Of a stretch of 64,000 nt of DNA, positions 48,797 through 59,343 are shown piece by piece. Below the pieces are notes generated by a model that worked only from the letters and a program-made list of their open reading frames with translations, had not been told where the DNA came from and made no database searches. Source of the DNA: a bacterium (lineage in GTDB: Bacteria > JAMCPX01). Each line of letters opens with the position of its first letter. The stretch's first letter is position 1. Location of the stretch: assembly GCA_049966275.1 (NCBI GenBank), contig JBMFUY010000001.1:4780-68779 (forward strand), in the 5' to 3' direction. The position numbers and the translations under genes are program-made.

Positions 48797-49684
48797 ATGA
48801 AATCAGGACTCATTGCAGTTATAGGAAGACCCAATGTTGGTAAATCTACATTATTGAACAGACTGGTTGGAGAAAAGCTTTCAATTATTTCTCCAAAACC
48901 TCAAACAACATGGCAGAGATTACATGGCATTCTAACAACAGAGGATGCTCAATTTGTTTTTATAGATACACCTGGATTAGAAACAGATAAAAACTCTAAT
49001 TTTATCTCAATCCTTAAAAAAATAAGCATCACAGCTATGAATGATGCTGATGTGATTGCACATATTGTAGAGCCAATTATAACAGACAGGGAAGAGGCTA
49101 TACAAAAAGAGTTGAAAAAAATCTTGCAAAAGCCCAAAGTTCTTATCATAAACAAGATTGATCTGAAGAAAGATAAAAGATTGCTTCTGCCTGTTATTGA
49201 GCATTATGCAAAAACTGGTCTGTACAATGACATAATACCTTTATCTGCCATCACAGGGGATGGCGTTGATACCCTGCTAAAAGAACTGAAAAAATATCTA
49301 CCCAATGATGGTATGCTTTACAGCAATGACACGATCACAGACAAATATGAAAAAGAACTCGTTGCTGAAATCATAAGAGAAAAATTGTTTTACTTTACAA
49401 GAGAAGAGATACCTTATTCTTCAGCGTGTGTTGTTGATAGGTTTGATGAGACACAGAGAGACAGGATCGTTAAAATATACGCTACAATCTATGTAGAAAA
49501 GATGTCACAAAAGGGAATACTCATTGGAGCAAATGGTTCAATGTTGAAAAGGATAGGTACATCTGCGAGAAAGGATATAGAGAGATTGTTGGGTACAAAG
49601 GTTTATCTATCATTATATGTGAAGGTAATGAAGAACTGGAAAAAGGATAAACAGTTTCTTAAAGAGATAGGTTTGTTAAAATGA
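48797..49684 (+). CDS. era: GTPase Era
   Basis: 295 aa; G1 GRPNVGKSTL, DTPG, C-terminal KH domain. Confidence 0.92.
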   Translation: MKSGLIAVIGRPNVGKSTLLNRLVGEKLSIISPKPQTTWQRLHGILTTEDAQFVFIDTPGLETDKNSNFISILKKISITAMNDADVIAHIVEPIITDREEAIQKELKKILQKPKVLIINKIDLKKDKRLLLPVIEHYAKTGLYNDIIPLSAITGDGVDTLLKELKKYLPNDGMLYSNDTITDKYEKELVAEIIREKLFYFTREEIPYSSACVVDRFDETQRDRIVKIYATIYVEKMSQKGILIGANGSMLKRIGTSARKDIERLLGTKVYLSLYVKVMKNWKKDKQFLKEIGLLK

Positions 49685-50991
49685 ATCCTGTTGTTGCGAT
49701 AGTTGGAAGACCAAACGTCGGAAAATCAAGACTGTTTAACAGGATGCTGTCAAAAAACAGGTCTATAGTGTTTGATCTGCCGGGTACCACCAGGGATACC
49801 ATATATGATACAGCAGAATGGAATCGGGTTACCTTTGACATAGTAGATACAGGTGGGCTCAGTAATGAGAAAAATGATGTTCATTTCAAGATTAACAAAA
49901 GGGTTGAAGAGGTTGTTAAAAAAGCTACTGCTGTAATACTGGTATGTGATTATAGAACAGGTATAATGCCTTATGATTTTGAAATAGCAAATTGGTTGAG
50001 GAAGACCAACAAGCAGGTGTTTTTAGTGATCAATAAGGTGGATAAGCCTGGTGATCCATCAGCACTCTCTGATTTTTATCAGCTTGGTTTTAAAGATATG
50101 TTTGCTGTATCAGCTGAACACGGATACGGAGTTGATGAACTTTTAGATGCTACTGTAAACTACATTAAATCATCCGCCATGATCACAGAGCCAGTAGAGG
50201 ATGAACATACACCTCTGAAGCTTGCCTTTGCAGGAAGACCAAATGTTGGTAAATCAAGTATGATAAACTACATAATAGGCAATGAATTTGTGCTTGTTGA
50301 TGATAAACCAGGAACTACAAGAGACCCTGTAGAATTAAGTATAGAGATTAAAAATGTTCCTTTGACTTTGATAGATACTGCAGGACTTAAAAAAAAGAAA
50401 GACAGCACAAAGATCGAGGCAATCTCTGCGATAAGAACAAGAGACTCAATACGAAGGTCTGATATTGTTGTGTTGGTACTGGATGCTTCTCAAGGTGTAA
50501 CAGCGTATGACAAAAAGCTCATAGGTATGATACAGTCCTATGGGAAAGGATGTGTGATAGCAGCAAACAAATGGGATATTATCAGTAAACAGAATAGACA
50601 ATCAGAATTCAAAATATTGACGCAAAGATTAGATTTTGTAGAATATATACCTGTTGTCCCAACATCTGCTATAACAGGTGAGGGCATAGGTGATCTTGTA
50701 GATGGGATAATAAGGGTTTCTCATAACTATGAACACAGGATCCCCACTTCAGAGTTAAATAGGTTTTTTAAGAAAGTCATAAATGAGTATCAACCCATTT
50801 CAGATGGTGGAAAGATAATAAAACCACAGTACATTGTTCAGGTGGCAACAAGACCACCAGTGTTTGTTGTTTTTACGAACAGCAAAACACGTGTAAAAGA
50901 AAATTATGGCAGATTTATGGCAAAAAGGATAAGAGACCTTTTTGGTTTTGAGGGTGTTCCTGTTAGAGTAATATTTAGAAATAAGGATTGA
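49681..50991 (+). CDS. der: Ribosome-associated GTPase Der/EngA (tandem G domains + KH-like)
   Basis: 436 aa; two G domains (GRPNVGKSRLFN; GRPNVGKSSMIN) and a C-terminal KH-like domain. 4-bp overlap with era. Confidence 0.92.
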   Translation: MNPVVAIVGRPNVGKSRLFNRMLSKNRSIVFDLPGTTRDTIYDTAEWNRVTFDIVDTGGLSNEKNDVHFKINKRVEEVVKKATAVILVCDYRTGIMPYDFEIANWLRKTNKQVFLVINKVDKPGDPSALSDFYQLGFKDMFAVSAEHGYGVDELLDATVNYIKSSAMITEPVEDEHTPLKLAFAGRPNVGKSSMINYIIGNEFVLVDDKPGTTRDPVELSIEIKNVPLTLIDTAGLKKKKDSTKIEAISAIRTRDSIRRSDIVVLVLDASQGVTAYDKKLIGMIQSYGKGCVIAANKWDIISKQNRQSEFKILTQRLDFVEYIPVVPTSAITGEGIGDLVDGIIRVSHNYEHRIPTSELNRFFKKVINEYQPISDGGKIIKPQYIVQVATRPPVFVVFTNSKTRVKENYGRFMAKRIRDLFGFEGVPVRVIFRNKD

Positions 50992-51821
50992 CAATGCCTA
51001 AAAAACAAAACTCTGTTATACAGATGACAATCGATAGGTTTATTGCAGACACGTGTTTATCACATGCTGCTGCACTATCTTTTTATACCATATTGTCTAT
51101 CATTCCTCTATTGTTTGTCCTTGTTTCTGTTGGTAGCTATATTGTTGGCTCCACGCATAACTTTTTTCTGTATATAACATCCATTCTAAAACAGTTTATA
51201 CCAGATGTATCAAATGCTGTTATAAATGATGTGGGAAATTTATTAAAAAAACGCAGCACCATAGGAATCGTTGGATTTATATTTCTCTTATTTTCATCTG
51301 ATCTTGCACTGCTTGAAGCAAAACGTTCACTTGATGTGATCTTCAGACTTGAGAAACGTAAAAACCCTTTGTTTATAAAAGGGAAATCCATGCTTGTGAT
51401 CCTTGTAAGCGGTGTATTCATATCATTCTTATTTGTTATTACGCCTTTATTTAAGATCCTGATAAAATTGGACCTATCGTATATAAGTACACCGCTTTAT
51501 ATTCTGGCACGTATTCTATCAAGTCGCGTATTTGCTTTTTTTATGATCTTCTCTTTATTCACATCTGCTTATTACTTCTTACCTTCTAAAAAGATCGGAG
51601 GTAAATATGCTTTTCTGGCAGGAGGGATAACATCCGTACTGTGGACAATTGTAAGGGTATTATTCTCATGGTATATCAAAAACCATTCTAAAATAAATAT
51701 AGTTTATGGTTCTATCGCTGCAATCATTATTGCTATTGTATGGGTCTATTATACATCGCTTATCTTTCTATTTTCTGCTGAATTAGTCTCAAGCATTAAG
51801 GAAAAAATGGAGCTGCATTGA
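50988..51821 (+). CDS. YihY/BrkB family inner membrane protein
   Basis: 277 aa polytopic membrane protein with the YihY signature region (…LSHAAALSFYTILSIIPLLFV…). Confidence 0.8.
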   Translation: MTMPKKQNSVIQMTIDRFIADTCLSHAAALSFYTILSIIPLLFVLVSVGSYIVGSTHNFFLYITSILKQFIPDVSNAVINDVGNLLKKRSTIGIVGFIFLLFSSDLALLEAKRSLDVIFRLEKRKNPLFIKGKSMLVILVSGVFISFLFVITPLFKILIKLDLSYISTPLYILARILSSRVFAFFMIFSLFTSAYYFLPSKKIGGKYAFLAGGITSVLWTIVRVLFSWYIKNHSKINIVYGSIAAIIIAIVWVYYTSLIFLFSAELVSSIKEKMELH

Positions 51822-53286
51822 AGAAGCCATTAAGAGTACCCATTAACCTTAAATACATGCTTCCGGTGGTATTACTTACGATTGTAATAATATCTATTTA
51901 TACTTTATTCATAAGACTCAGCACAGAAAGCGTTTTCAGACAATATCTTGAGGATGAGATAAGGCTGATAATAAACGATGTAAACAAGACAATTACCATT
52001 CATATGCTAAAGGGACAGGGTAAGGACTTTAGTTTTTATCTTTCAAGTCTCTACAATTATGAGATAAAAGATATAATTGCAATAGGCATACTCTCTCCAA
52101 ATGGTAAACCCTTATACCTGTATTCTAAAGACAACATAAAGGGAATAGAAATACCACAGTTAAAAAGCTATCTTAACATGGTAATGATAAAACATCGCAA
52201 CAACATAGAGGTGTTTTATCCTATTAACAATGAGAAGATATGCTATAGGTGTCATGGTTCCGGGAAAACATTGCTTGGGCTGTTATATATAAATACATCA
52301 ACTCAAAGATACAATAAGGCATTTGCAGGGCTTATGGCAAACTGGTTTACCATGAGTGTGGTTATAACTTCGATACTGATATTTTCAATATGGCTCATTA
52401 AACCATTGTTATAGAAAGACCTGTGGAAGAGCTTGTAAATACACTGAAAAGAGCATCAGAGGGTGATCTCTCTGCCAGATCAGGCTTTAAAGAAAACGAT
52501 GAATTGGGTTTTTTAAGTGAACAACTCAATAAAATGCTGGATAGGCTTGCATACAGGGAAGCAGAGTACAAAAGGCTTGCAGAACTACAGCTTCAACAGA
52601 TGGACAAACTTGCATCTCTTGGAGAGATATCCCTGTCTCTTGCACACGAGATAAGGAATCCATTGGCTGGTATAAGCGGTGTTTTACAGGTGTTCAAAGA
52701 TGACTTTGTTACTGACCAGGAGCGATCCGCTATTTTCACACAACTTATGGCTCAGATAAATAAAATAGATAGGCTTGTCGGGGATATGTTAAAATTTGCA
52801 AAATTCCCTTCGCACGGCATCTCAACCTTTAACATAAATGAGAGCATAAAAACATTAAAACAATTGCTTTCCCCTCAAGCTTCAACCAATCATGTAACCG
52901 TTACATTAGACCTTGATGACAGTATGCCGGATATTGCAGAGGATAGAGATGCATTTGAGCAGGCGATCCTCAATCTTATGCTCAATGCAATACAGGCAAT
53001 GCCCGATGGAGGTGTACTGAATGTCACAACAGAATTTACAGATAAGTTTGGAGAACCGTATATCTTAATAAAAGTCAGTGATACAGGTAAAGGTATACCT
53101 CAGGATATAAAAGATAGGATCTTTGATCCATTTTTCACAACAAAACGAGATGGTACAGGGCTTGGACTCGCAATAAGCCTGAATGCTATAAGGACAATGA
53201 ATGGCAGCATAACCTTTGAATCTGAAGAAGGAAGAGGCACCACGTTTTTTTTACGGGTGCCTTACAGAAGTGCTGGAAAAAGATAA
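51818..53286 (+). pseudogene. Sensor histidine kinase (periplasmic sensor–TM–HAMP–HisKA–HATPase) interrupted by a -1 frameshift at ~52410
   Basis: ORF 51818..52414 carries TM1–sensor–TM2 and ends …IWLIKPLL*. ORF 52423..53286 in another frame carries HAMP (…ASEGDLSARS…), H-box (SLAHEIRNPLAGI) and the HATPase G-boxes. One missing base in 'ttata' would fuse them. Confidence 0.65.
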
Positions 53287-53340
53287 AAATTGCATTTTTA
53301 CAACAAACATGGAACAGTATATTTAAGATAGGATAATACT

Positions 53341-54686
53341 ATGGGCACAGTACTTATTATAGATGATGAGCAGCTTGTAAGGTGGTCTATAGAGAAGCTT
53401 CTCTCAAAAGATGGACATGAGATCATTTCAGCAGACACAGGAGCAGCGGGACTTTTAAAGTTGAAGGATAGTACGCCTGATATAGTATTACTGGACATGA
53501 AATTGCCGGATATCGATGGTATAGAGGTATTACGCACAATAAAGAAAGACACGCCAGAGCTGCCTGTTGTTATAATAACAGCATACGGTAGTATAGATTC
53601 TGCAATAGATGCTATAAAAAATGGTGCCTTTGATTACATTGTTAAGCCATTTGACGCAGAAAAACTCAAGTTGACTGTGAATAGGGCGCTGGAACTTTTC
53701 AAGCTGAAAACAGAGCTTGAGATATTTAAGGATAAAGCACATAATCAGTATGGATTCCATAGGATCGTTGCTGAATCAACAGCAGTTAAGCAGGCAATAG
53801 ATATAGCAAAAAAGCTCGCAATGAGTGACACCACAGTATTGATCCAGGGTGAGAGTGGAACAGGAAAAGAATTGTTTGCAAGGGCAATCCATTGTGCGAG
53901 TCCCAGGCAGGATAGTGCGTTTGTAGATCTTAACTGTTCTGCTATCCCGGTGCATCTCATTGAAAGTGAACTGTTTGGCTATGAAAAAGGGGCTTTTACT
54001 GATGCAAAAACCTCAAAAAAAGCTTATTTGAGCTTGCAGATAAAGGCACTTTATTCCTTGATGAGATAGGAGATATGGATCTTTCAACCCAGGCAAAATT
54101 ATTACGTGTTATTGAAACAAAAAGCTTTAAGAGGCTTGGTGGTACAAAGGATATAACAGTGGATGTGAGGATTATATCAGCAACGAACAAGGATCTGAAA
54201 AAACTGGTAGAGAAAGGCGCATTCAGGGATGATCTGTATTACAGGATCAATGTTGTCCCCCTTGTCATCCCTCCTTTACGAAAAAGAAAGGACGATATTC
54301 CATTGCTTGTTAATTATTTTATAAATGTTATTTCAAAGGATCTGAAAAAAGAGGTTACAGGTATTGAGAAGGAGGCACTGGATTATCTGATAAGATACGA
54401 TTGGCCCGGCAATGTGCGGGAGTTAAAAAATGTTGTAGAGAGGATGATACTTCTCACAAACACAAAGGTTTTGACCAAAGAGTTTATACCTATAGAACTA
54501 ATGGAATCCAATGCTGATACAGACGCAGAGCAATTTAACACTCTGGAGCTTGAAAAGGTGGAAAAGGAACTCATAATAAAGGCTTTATCACTTGCAGAGG
54601 GCAATCAAACAAAAGCAGCTCGGGCGTTGTCCATATCAAGGGATGCATTAAGATATAGGATGAAAAAATACAATATCAAACAATAG
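53341..54686 (+). pseudogene. Sigma-54-dependent response regulator (REC–AAA+ sigma54 activator–HTH, NtrC family) interrupted by a -1 frameshift in an A7 run at ~54016-54022
   Basis: ORF 53341..54069: REC (LIIDDE…DIVLLDMKLPDIDG), Walker A GESGTGKE, GAFTDA (variant of GAFTGA), then out-of-frame tail. Shifted frame reads …KKSLFELADKGTLFLDEIGDMDLSTQAKLLRVIE…, continuous with ORF 54075..54686 (arginine finger, Fis-type HTH). Confidence 0.7.
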
Positions 54687-54691
54687 ATTTT

Positions 54692-56032
54692 ATGGCTGAA
54701 AAGGATATTGAGTTTGTATGCAGTGCGTGTTCGTATTCTTCTGCAAAATGGCTTGGTAGATGCCCAAATTGTGGAGAATGGAATACGTTTGTCCAGGTTT
54801 CTCATGAGAAGATAACAAAAAAGCCATCAAAAGATAGCCACAGTATAAAATTAAAATCAATAAGTTCAGAGACAAAAACCAGACTTTCAACAGGCATGGA
54901 GGAGTTTGATAGGGTACTCGGGGGTGGTATAGTAGAAGGTGCACTAATACTTATAGGTGGGGATCCAGGTATAGGTAAGTCCACACTTGCCCTTGCCACA
55001 ATGGATGCTATTGCCAGGCAGAATGTCCGTGTTCTGTATGTTACAGGAGAGGAATCGCTTCAACAGTTGAAACTCCGTGCAAACAGGCTCAATGTAAGTG
55101 AGGATATAGATGTGCTTGCTGAAACCGAACTTGATACAATCCTCAATGTTATAGAGAAAGATAAACCCGAGGTTGTTGTTATTGACTCAATTCAAACAAT
55201 GGAAAGTTCTACAACATCAGCACCAAGAGGAAGTGTAGCACAGCTTAAAGAGATCACTGATAGGCTTATGAGATTTTCAAAGCAAAACAATATAAGCTTT
55301 CTTATAGTGGGACACGTAACAAAGGAGGGGGTAATAGCAGGTCCGAAGCTACTTGAACATATGGTGGATACTGTCCTGTATTTTGAGGGTGATAGAAATA
55401 CCAGCTACAGGATACTTAGAGCTATTAAGAACAGGTTTGGTTCTACCAATGAAATAGGGGTTTTTGAAATGACAGAGCAGGGGCTTATTGAGATCAAAAA
55501 TCCCTCAAAGCTATTTCTTTCAGACAGTGTTCAACCAAGGGATGGCTCAGCAGTATTTGCGAGTATTGAAGGAACAAGGGCATTACTGGTAGAGATACAA
55601 TCACTTGTTACACAGAGTTATCTTGCAATGCCCAGGAGAACAACTGTTGGGGTTGATCAAACAAGATTGTCAATGCTTGTTGCTGTACTTGATAAAAAGG
55701 CTGGATTCAACCTTGGTGGTCATGACATATATATAAACGTGGTTGGTGGTGTTACCATTGATGAGCCTGCGTCTGATCTGTGTGTGGTATCTGCACTTGT
55801 ATCAAGTTATAAAAGAAAACCATTACCATCAAATGCTGTTTTTGTAGGAGAAATTGGTTTAACAGGTGAGGTAAGGGCTGTTGGAATGATAGAAAAACGC
55901 CTGAAAGAAGCACAAAAATTAGGTTTTAAAAGGGCGTACGTACCAGCAGGCAATTCCAGGGCTATTAAGGTACATGATATAGAGGTTATCGAGATAGGTA
56001 ATATTGACTCTTTACTTGAACAGGCATTTTAG
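54692..56032 (+). CDS. radA: DNA repair protein RadA/Sms
   Basis: 446 aa; N-terminal C4 zinc finger (CSACSYSSAKWLGRCPNCGEWNTF), RecA-like Walker A GDPGIGKST, KNRFG motif, Lon-like C-terminal domain. Confidence 0.93.
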   Translation: MAEKDIEFVCSACSYSSAKWLGRCPNCGEWNTFVQVSHEKITKKPSKDSHSIKLKSISSETKTRLSTGMEEFDRVLGGGIVEGALILIGGDPGIGKSTLALATMDAIARQNVRVLYVTGEESLQQLKLRANRLNVSEDIDVLAETELDTILNVIEKDKPEVVVIDSIQTMESSTTSAPRGSVAQLKEITDRLMRFSKQNNISFLIVGHVTKEGVIAGPKLLEHMVDTVLYFEGDRNTSYRILRAIKNRFGSTNEIGVFEMTEQGLIEIKNPSKLFLSDSVQPRDGSAVFASIEGTRALLVEIQSLVTQSYLAMPRRTTVGVDQTRLSMLVAVLDKKAGFNLGGHDIYINVVGGVTIDEPASDLCVVSALVSSYKRKPLPSNAVFVGEIGLTGEVRAVGMIEKRLKEAQKLGFKRAYVPAGNSRAIKVHDIEVIEIGNIDSLLEQAF

Positions 56033-56282
56033 ATAACCCGTTCAATCCGGACAGGTAGGCTGTCCGATAATCAAAGATCATTATTGTGAGCGTCAGTGAA
56101 GCAATTCCTCTGTATGCTGGTAGATTGCTTCGTCGCTTCCACTTCTAGCAATAACATTCTTGGGCAGTCTGATAAAAGGAGCGCCCTGCAAAAGGTAGAA
56201 CAGTGTATTTAATCCCCCATGCCGCTTTTTAAAAAAAGGCTTTCTTCTGATTTCACACTATATAAGATGCTCCTGCACGTGC

Positions 56283-56312
56283 TTGACAACTACCAGTGTA
56301 AAGATTTATTAT
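56283..56312 (+). promoter_or_regulatory. Candidate sigma-70-type promoter upstream of the TPR gene
   Basis: TTGACA – 18 nt – TATTAT about 30 nt upstream of the TTG start at 56344. Confidence 0.3.
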
Positions 56313-56343
56313 CCTATTTAGAGCCTTATAAAGGGGATATATT

Positions 56344-59331
56344 TTGGCTGGAGTAGACAAAAACAAATTAATAGAAAGTGCTAATAAGTTTATAGCCAGG
56401 AATCAACCTGACAAGGCTATAAAGGAACTGCAGAGGGTTTTAGAATTAGAACCTAAGAATACCCAGATTGCTCTTAAAATAGCAGAACTTTTTTTAAAGC
56501 TTAATAACAAAGAAGAAGCCATAAAACACTACGAAATAGCCTCTAACATATTCAGGGATAGTGGTTTCTATGATAAGGCTATAGCTGTTTTCAGACAGAT
56601 ACTAACCCTTAATCCTGTTTCAGCCCAGGCGTACATAAAACTCGCAGAACTTTTCAGGAAAAAGAATTTAATTGCAGAGGCAGTATCAAACTATAAGGTT
56701 GCCATAGCTATCTATGAGAAAGAGGGTAAACCTCAGGAAGCATTAAAAATACTACAAACAATAACAGAATTAGAGCCTTCCAACCTGCCAGGACGCATGA
56801 AGCTTGCAGAACTATACATAAAGAATGGTTTGAAAGAACAAGCATATACAGAACTTTCCAGGATTGCAAACAAACTTATAGAAGCGAGAAGGGTGGTAGA
56901 CCTTATCACTGTTTACGAAAAGATGCTTTCTATCAAACCGGGTGAAATAAGCATAATTAAAGAGCTTATAAAGTTGTACCTATCAAGGGGTGACTACCAG
57001 AAGGTGTTGCTAAAAGTAAAGGATATTATTGCATCAGGAAATTCTGATACAGATGTACTCTTAGCATTGGCAAAGGCTTATACTGCTCTTGACAAAATTC
57101 CACATGCAATATCTGCCTATAAAGAGGTAGCCAAACTATACTCAAAAGCAGGGCTTGAGGATGAAGCAGATAACATTTATAAAAAGATCCTGGAGCTTGA
57201 TCCAACTGATCAACAGGCATTGCAGAAGGTTGTGAAGGTAAAGGTAGAACCACAACCAGTAGAGGAGATCATACCTCAACCCATAGAAACAAAAGAGGAA
57301 AAACCTAAAATACAGGTACAAGAACAACCAGCCAAACCACCTGAGACTTTTGTAGAAAAAGAGAAAAAACAGGTTGTTGAGCAAAGAAAACCGGTTGTTG
57401 AGCCTGCAACACAGATCAGTTCTGTTAAACCAGAGGTTGAGAAAAAAGAAAAACCATCAACAGAAGAAATTGAAAAGCTATTTTCAGAAGCAGAGGTTTA
57501 CAAACGATATGGGCTAAGTAATAAGGCTGAAGAAAAGTTCAAACAGATTCTCGAAATCAGTCCTCACAATAGAAAGGCATTAATTAGTCTGTTTGAGATC
57601 TATGAAGCCAGCAAACGATTTAGTGAGGCTTCAGGACTGGCAGAGAAACTATACAACGAGCTGATCGCTGATGGAGAAATAGAAAAGGCAGAGGATTTTG
57701 TTAAACGGGCAATAGCAAACGATCCCGGTAATGAGGTGTTGAAGGCGCTTATAGGTTACACACCAGAAGAAGAAAAACCATCAACTGAATTTGAGGAATT
57801 AAAACCGCATGAAGAACCACCTGTATCTGTGGAGGTGCCGGTTGAAGAGAAACGTGTTGAACCACCTCCTTCACCCACTCAGCAACAGCCAGTAGAAGCA
57901 CCTTATAATCAGGAAATCCCTTCAACTTCAGAAGAAACAGAAGTCAGTCAACAGATAGATACTGGTATAGAAATAGAGGTTGAACCTTCTGCTCCACCAC
58001 CAGAGGCTTCTGCAGAAGAGGTAAATGTTGAAATACCTGTCGTAAATATAAATGAACAGGCTCAAGAGGAAAAAATCGCAGGAGAACAGGTTAAAGAAGA
58101 AGTTCCGATCCCGGATCAGATCAATTTCGCGCCTGAATTAACCGAAGAAAGAGAAGAAGTAAATGTTACTGCGGATCAGAAACAGGTACAGGAAGATGAA
58201 ATAGGTATTAGTTTCTCAGAAGAGGAATTTGAAACAGGAAAAGAGGACTATATTCCTCAAGAGGAAAAAGAAAAGCCTCCCATCATAGAAAAAGAAGAAA
58301 AACCTCTGGATATTGATATTGTTGATGCGTTGGATGAAGCAGAATTTTATTATCAACAGGGTATCCTATCTGAAGCAAAAGAAATCTTACAAAAGGTGCT
58401 CAAGTTAGCACCCAATGAGCAAAGGGCTAAAGATAGACTCGCAGAGATACTCGCCAGAGAAGAGGCATCAAAACCACAGGTTGAATCAATCCCTTCTGAT
58501 TTAGATGAGTCATTCATTCAGAAAGAGGCTGATCATGTTGTGGTTGCTTCCTCGGATGAAGGATTATTTGATCTGGCACAGGAACTTGAAAAAGAATTAG
58601 CCGTAAGTTCTATAACACAGGAGGTACAGCAGCCTTCTGAGGAAGAACAGCAAATAAGTGTTGAAGAAGTGCTTGAGGCTTTTAAGAAAGGTGTTGAGAA
58701 GAGCGTTGACAAGCAGGATGCAGAAACACATTACAATCTTGGCATAGCGTATAAAGAAATGGGGTTGCTGGATGAGGCTATAAATGAATTTAACATAGCA
58801 ACCCTTTCACCTGAAAAGAAAGCAGATGGATTAATAATGCTTGGAATGAGCTATATGGGAAAAGGTTTGCCTGGCAAAGCGATAGAGATGTACAAACAGG
58901 CTCTGGAGGCAAAAGGCGGTATAAAGCCAGAGAACATAGGATTGCTTTACGAATTTGCTATAGCTTATGAAGCCTATGGGGATATGCAGAATGCCTATAA
59001 CTATTATGATGAGGTGCGCAAGATTGATGAAGGCTTTAGAGAGGTAAAAGTCAAATTAGAGCAGCTTAAAAAGTTTATTGAAGAACAATCAGCAGAAAAA
59101 CAGGTTACGGATGAACAGTCTGAGAAATTCACCCTGGACAGTTTATTAAAGGAAGAAGATTTAATAGAAACTCCAGAGCATAACACTCGTGAGGAAAAAG
59201 AAGAGGTAATCGTTTCTAAGGAACAGGAGGCACCAATCGAGGTAACTAAATTTGAGGAACCGAAAACACCAGAAGAAAATATGAAACAGGACAAGGTAAA
59301 GCCAGCAAAGAAAAAGGTATCATATATTTAA
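56344..59331 (+). CDS. Large TPR-repeat protein with Glu/Pro/Lys-rich low-complexity central region
   Basis: 995 aa, probable TTG start; TPR repeats at both ends (…AIKELQRVLELEPKN…; …AETHYNLGIAYKEMGLLDEAINEF…) flank a ~400-aa acidic Pro/Glu-rich segment. Confidence 0.75.
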   Translation: MAGVDKNKLIESANKFIARNQPDKAIKELQRVLELEPKNTQIALKIAELFLKLNNKEEAIKHYEIASNIFRDSGFYDKAIAVFRQILTLNPVSAQAYIKLAELFRKKNLIAEAVSNYKVAIAIYEKEGKPQEALKILQTITELEPSNLPGRMKLAELYIKNGLKEQAYTELSRIANKLIEARRVVDLITVYEKMLSIKPGEISIIKELIKLYLSRGDYQKVLLKVKDIIASGNSDTDVLLALAKAYTALDKIPHAISAYKEVAKLYSKAGLEDEADNIYKKILELDPTDQQALQKVVKVKVEPQPVEEIIPQPIETKEEKPKIQVQEQPAKPPETFVEKEKKQVVEQRKPVVEPATQISSVKPEVEKKEKPSTEEIEKLFSEAEVYKRYGLSNKAEEKFKQILEISPHNRKALISLFEIYEASKRFSEASGLAEKLYNELIADGEIEKAEDFVKRAIANDPGNEVLKALIGYTPEEEKPSTEFEELKPHEEPPVSVEVPVEEKRVEPPPSPTQQQPVEAPYNQEIPSTSEETEVSQQIDTGIEIEVEPSAPPPEASAEEVNVEIPVVNINEQAQEEKIAGEQVKEEVPIPDQINFAPELTEEREEVNVTADQKQVQEDEIGISFSEEEFETGKEDYIPQEEKEKPPIIEKEEKPLDIDIVDALDEAEFYYQQGILSEAKEILQKVLKLAPNEQRAKDRLAEILAREEASKPQVESIPSDLDESFIQKEADHVVVASSDEGLFDLAQELEKELAVSSITQEVQQPSEEEQQISVEEVLEAFKKGVEKSVDKQDAETHYNLGIAYKEMGLLDEAINEFNIATLSPEKKADGLIMLGMSYMGKGLPGKAIEMYKQALEAKGGIKPENIGLLYEFAIAYEAYGDMQNAYNYYDEVRKIDEGFREVKVKLEQLKKFIEEQSAEKQVTDEQSEKFTLDSLLKEEDLIETPEHNTREEKEEVIVSKEQEAPIEVTKFEEPKTPEENMKQDKVKPAKKKVSYI

Positions 59332-59343
59332 AAAGGAAACGCA

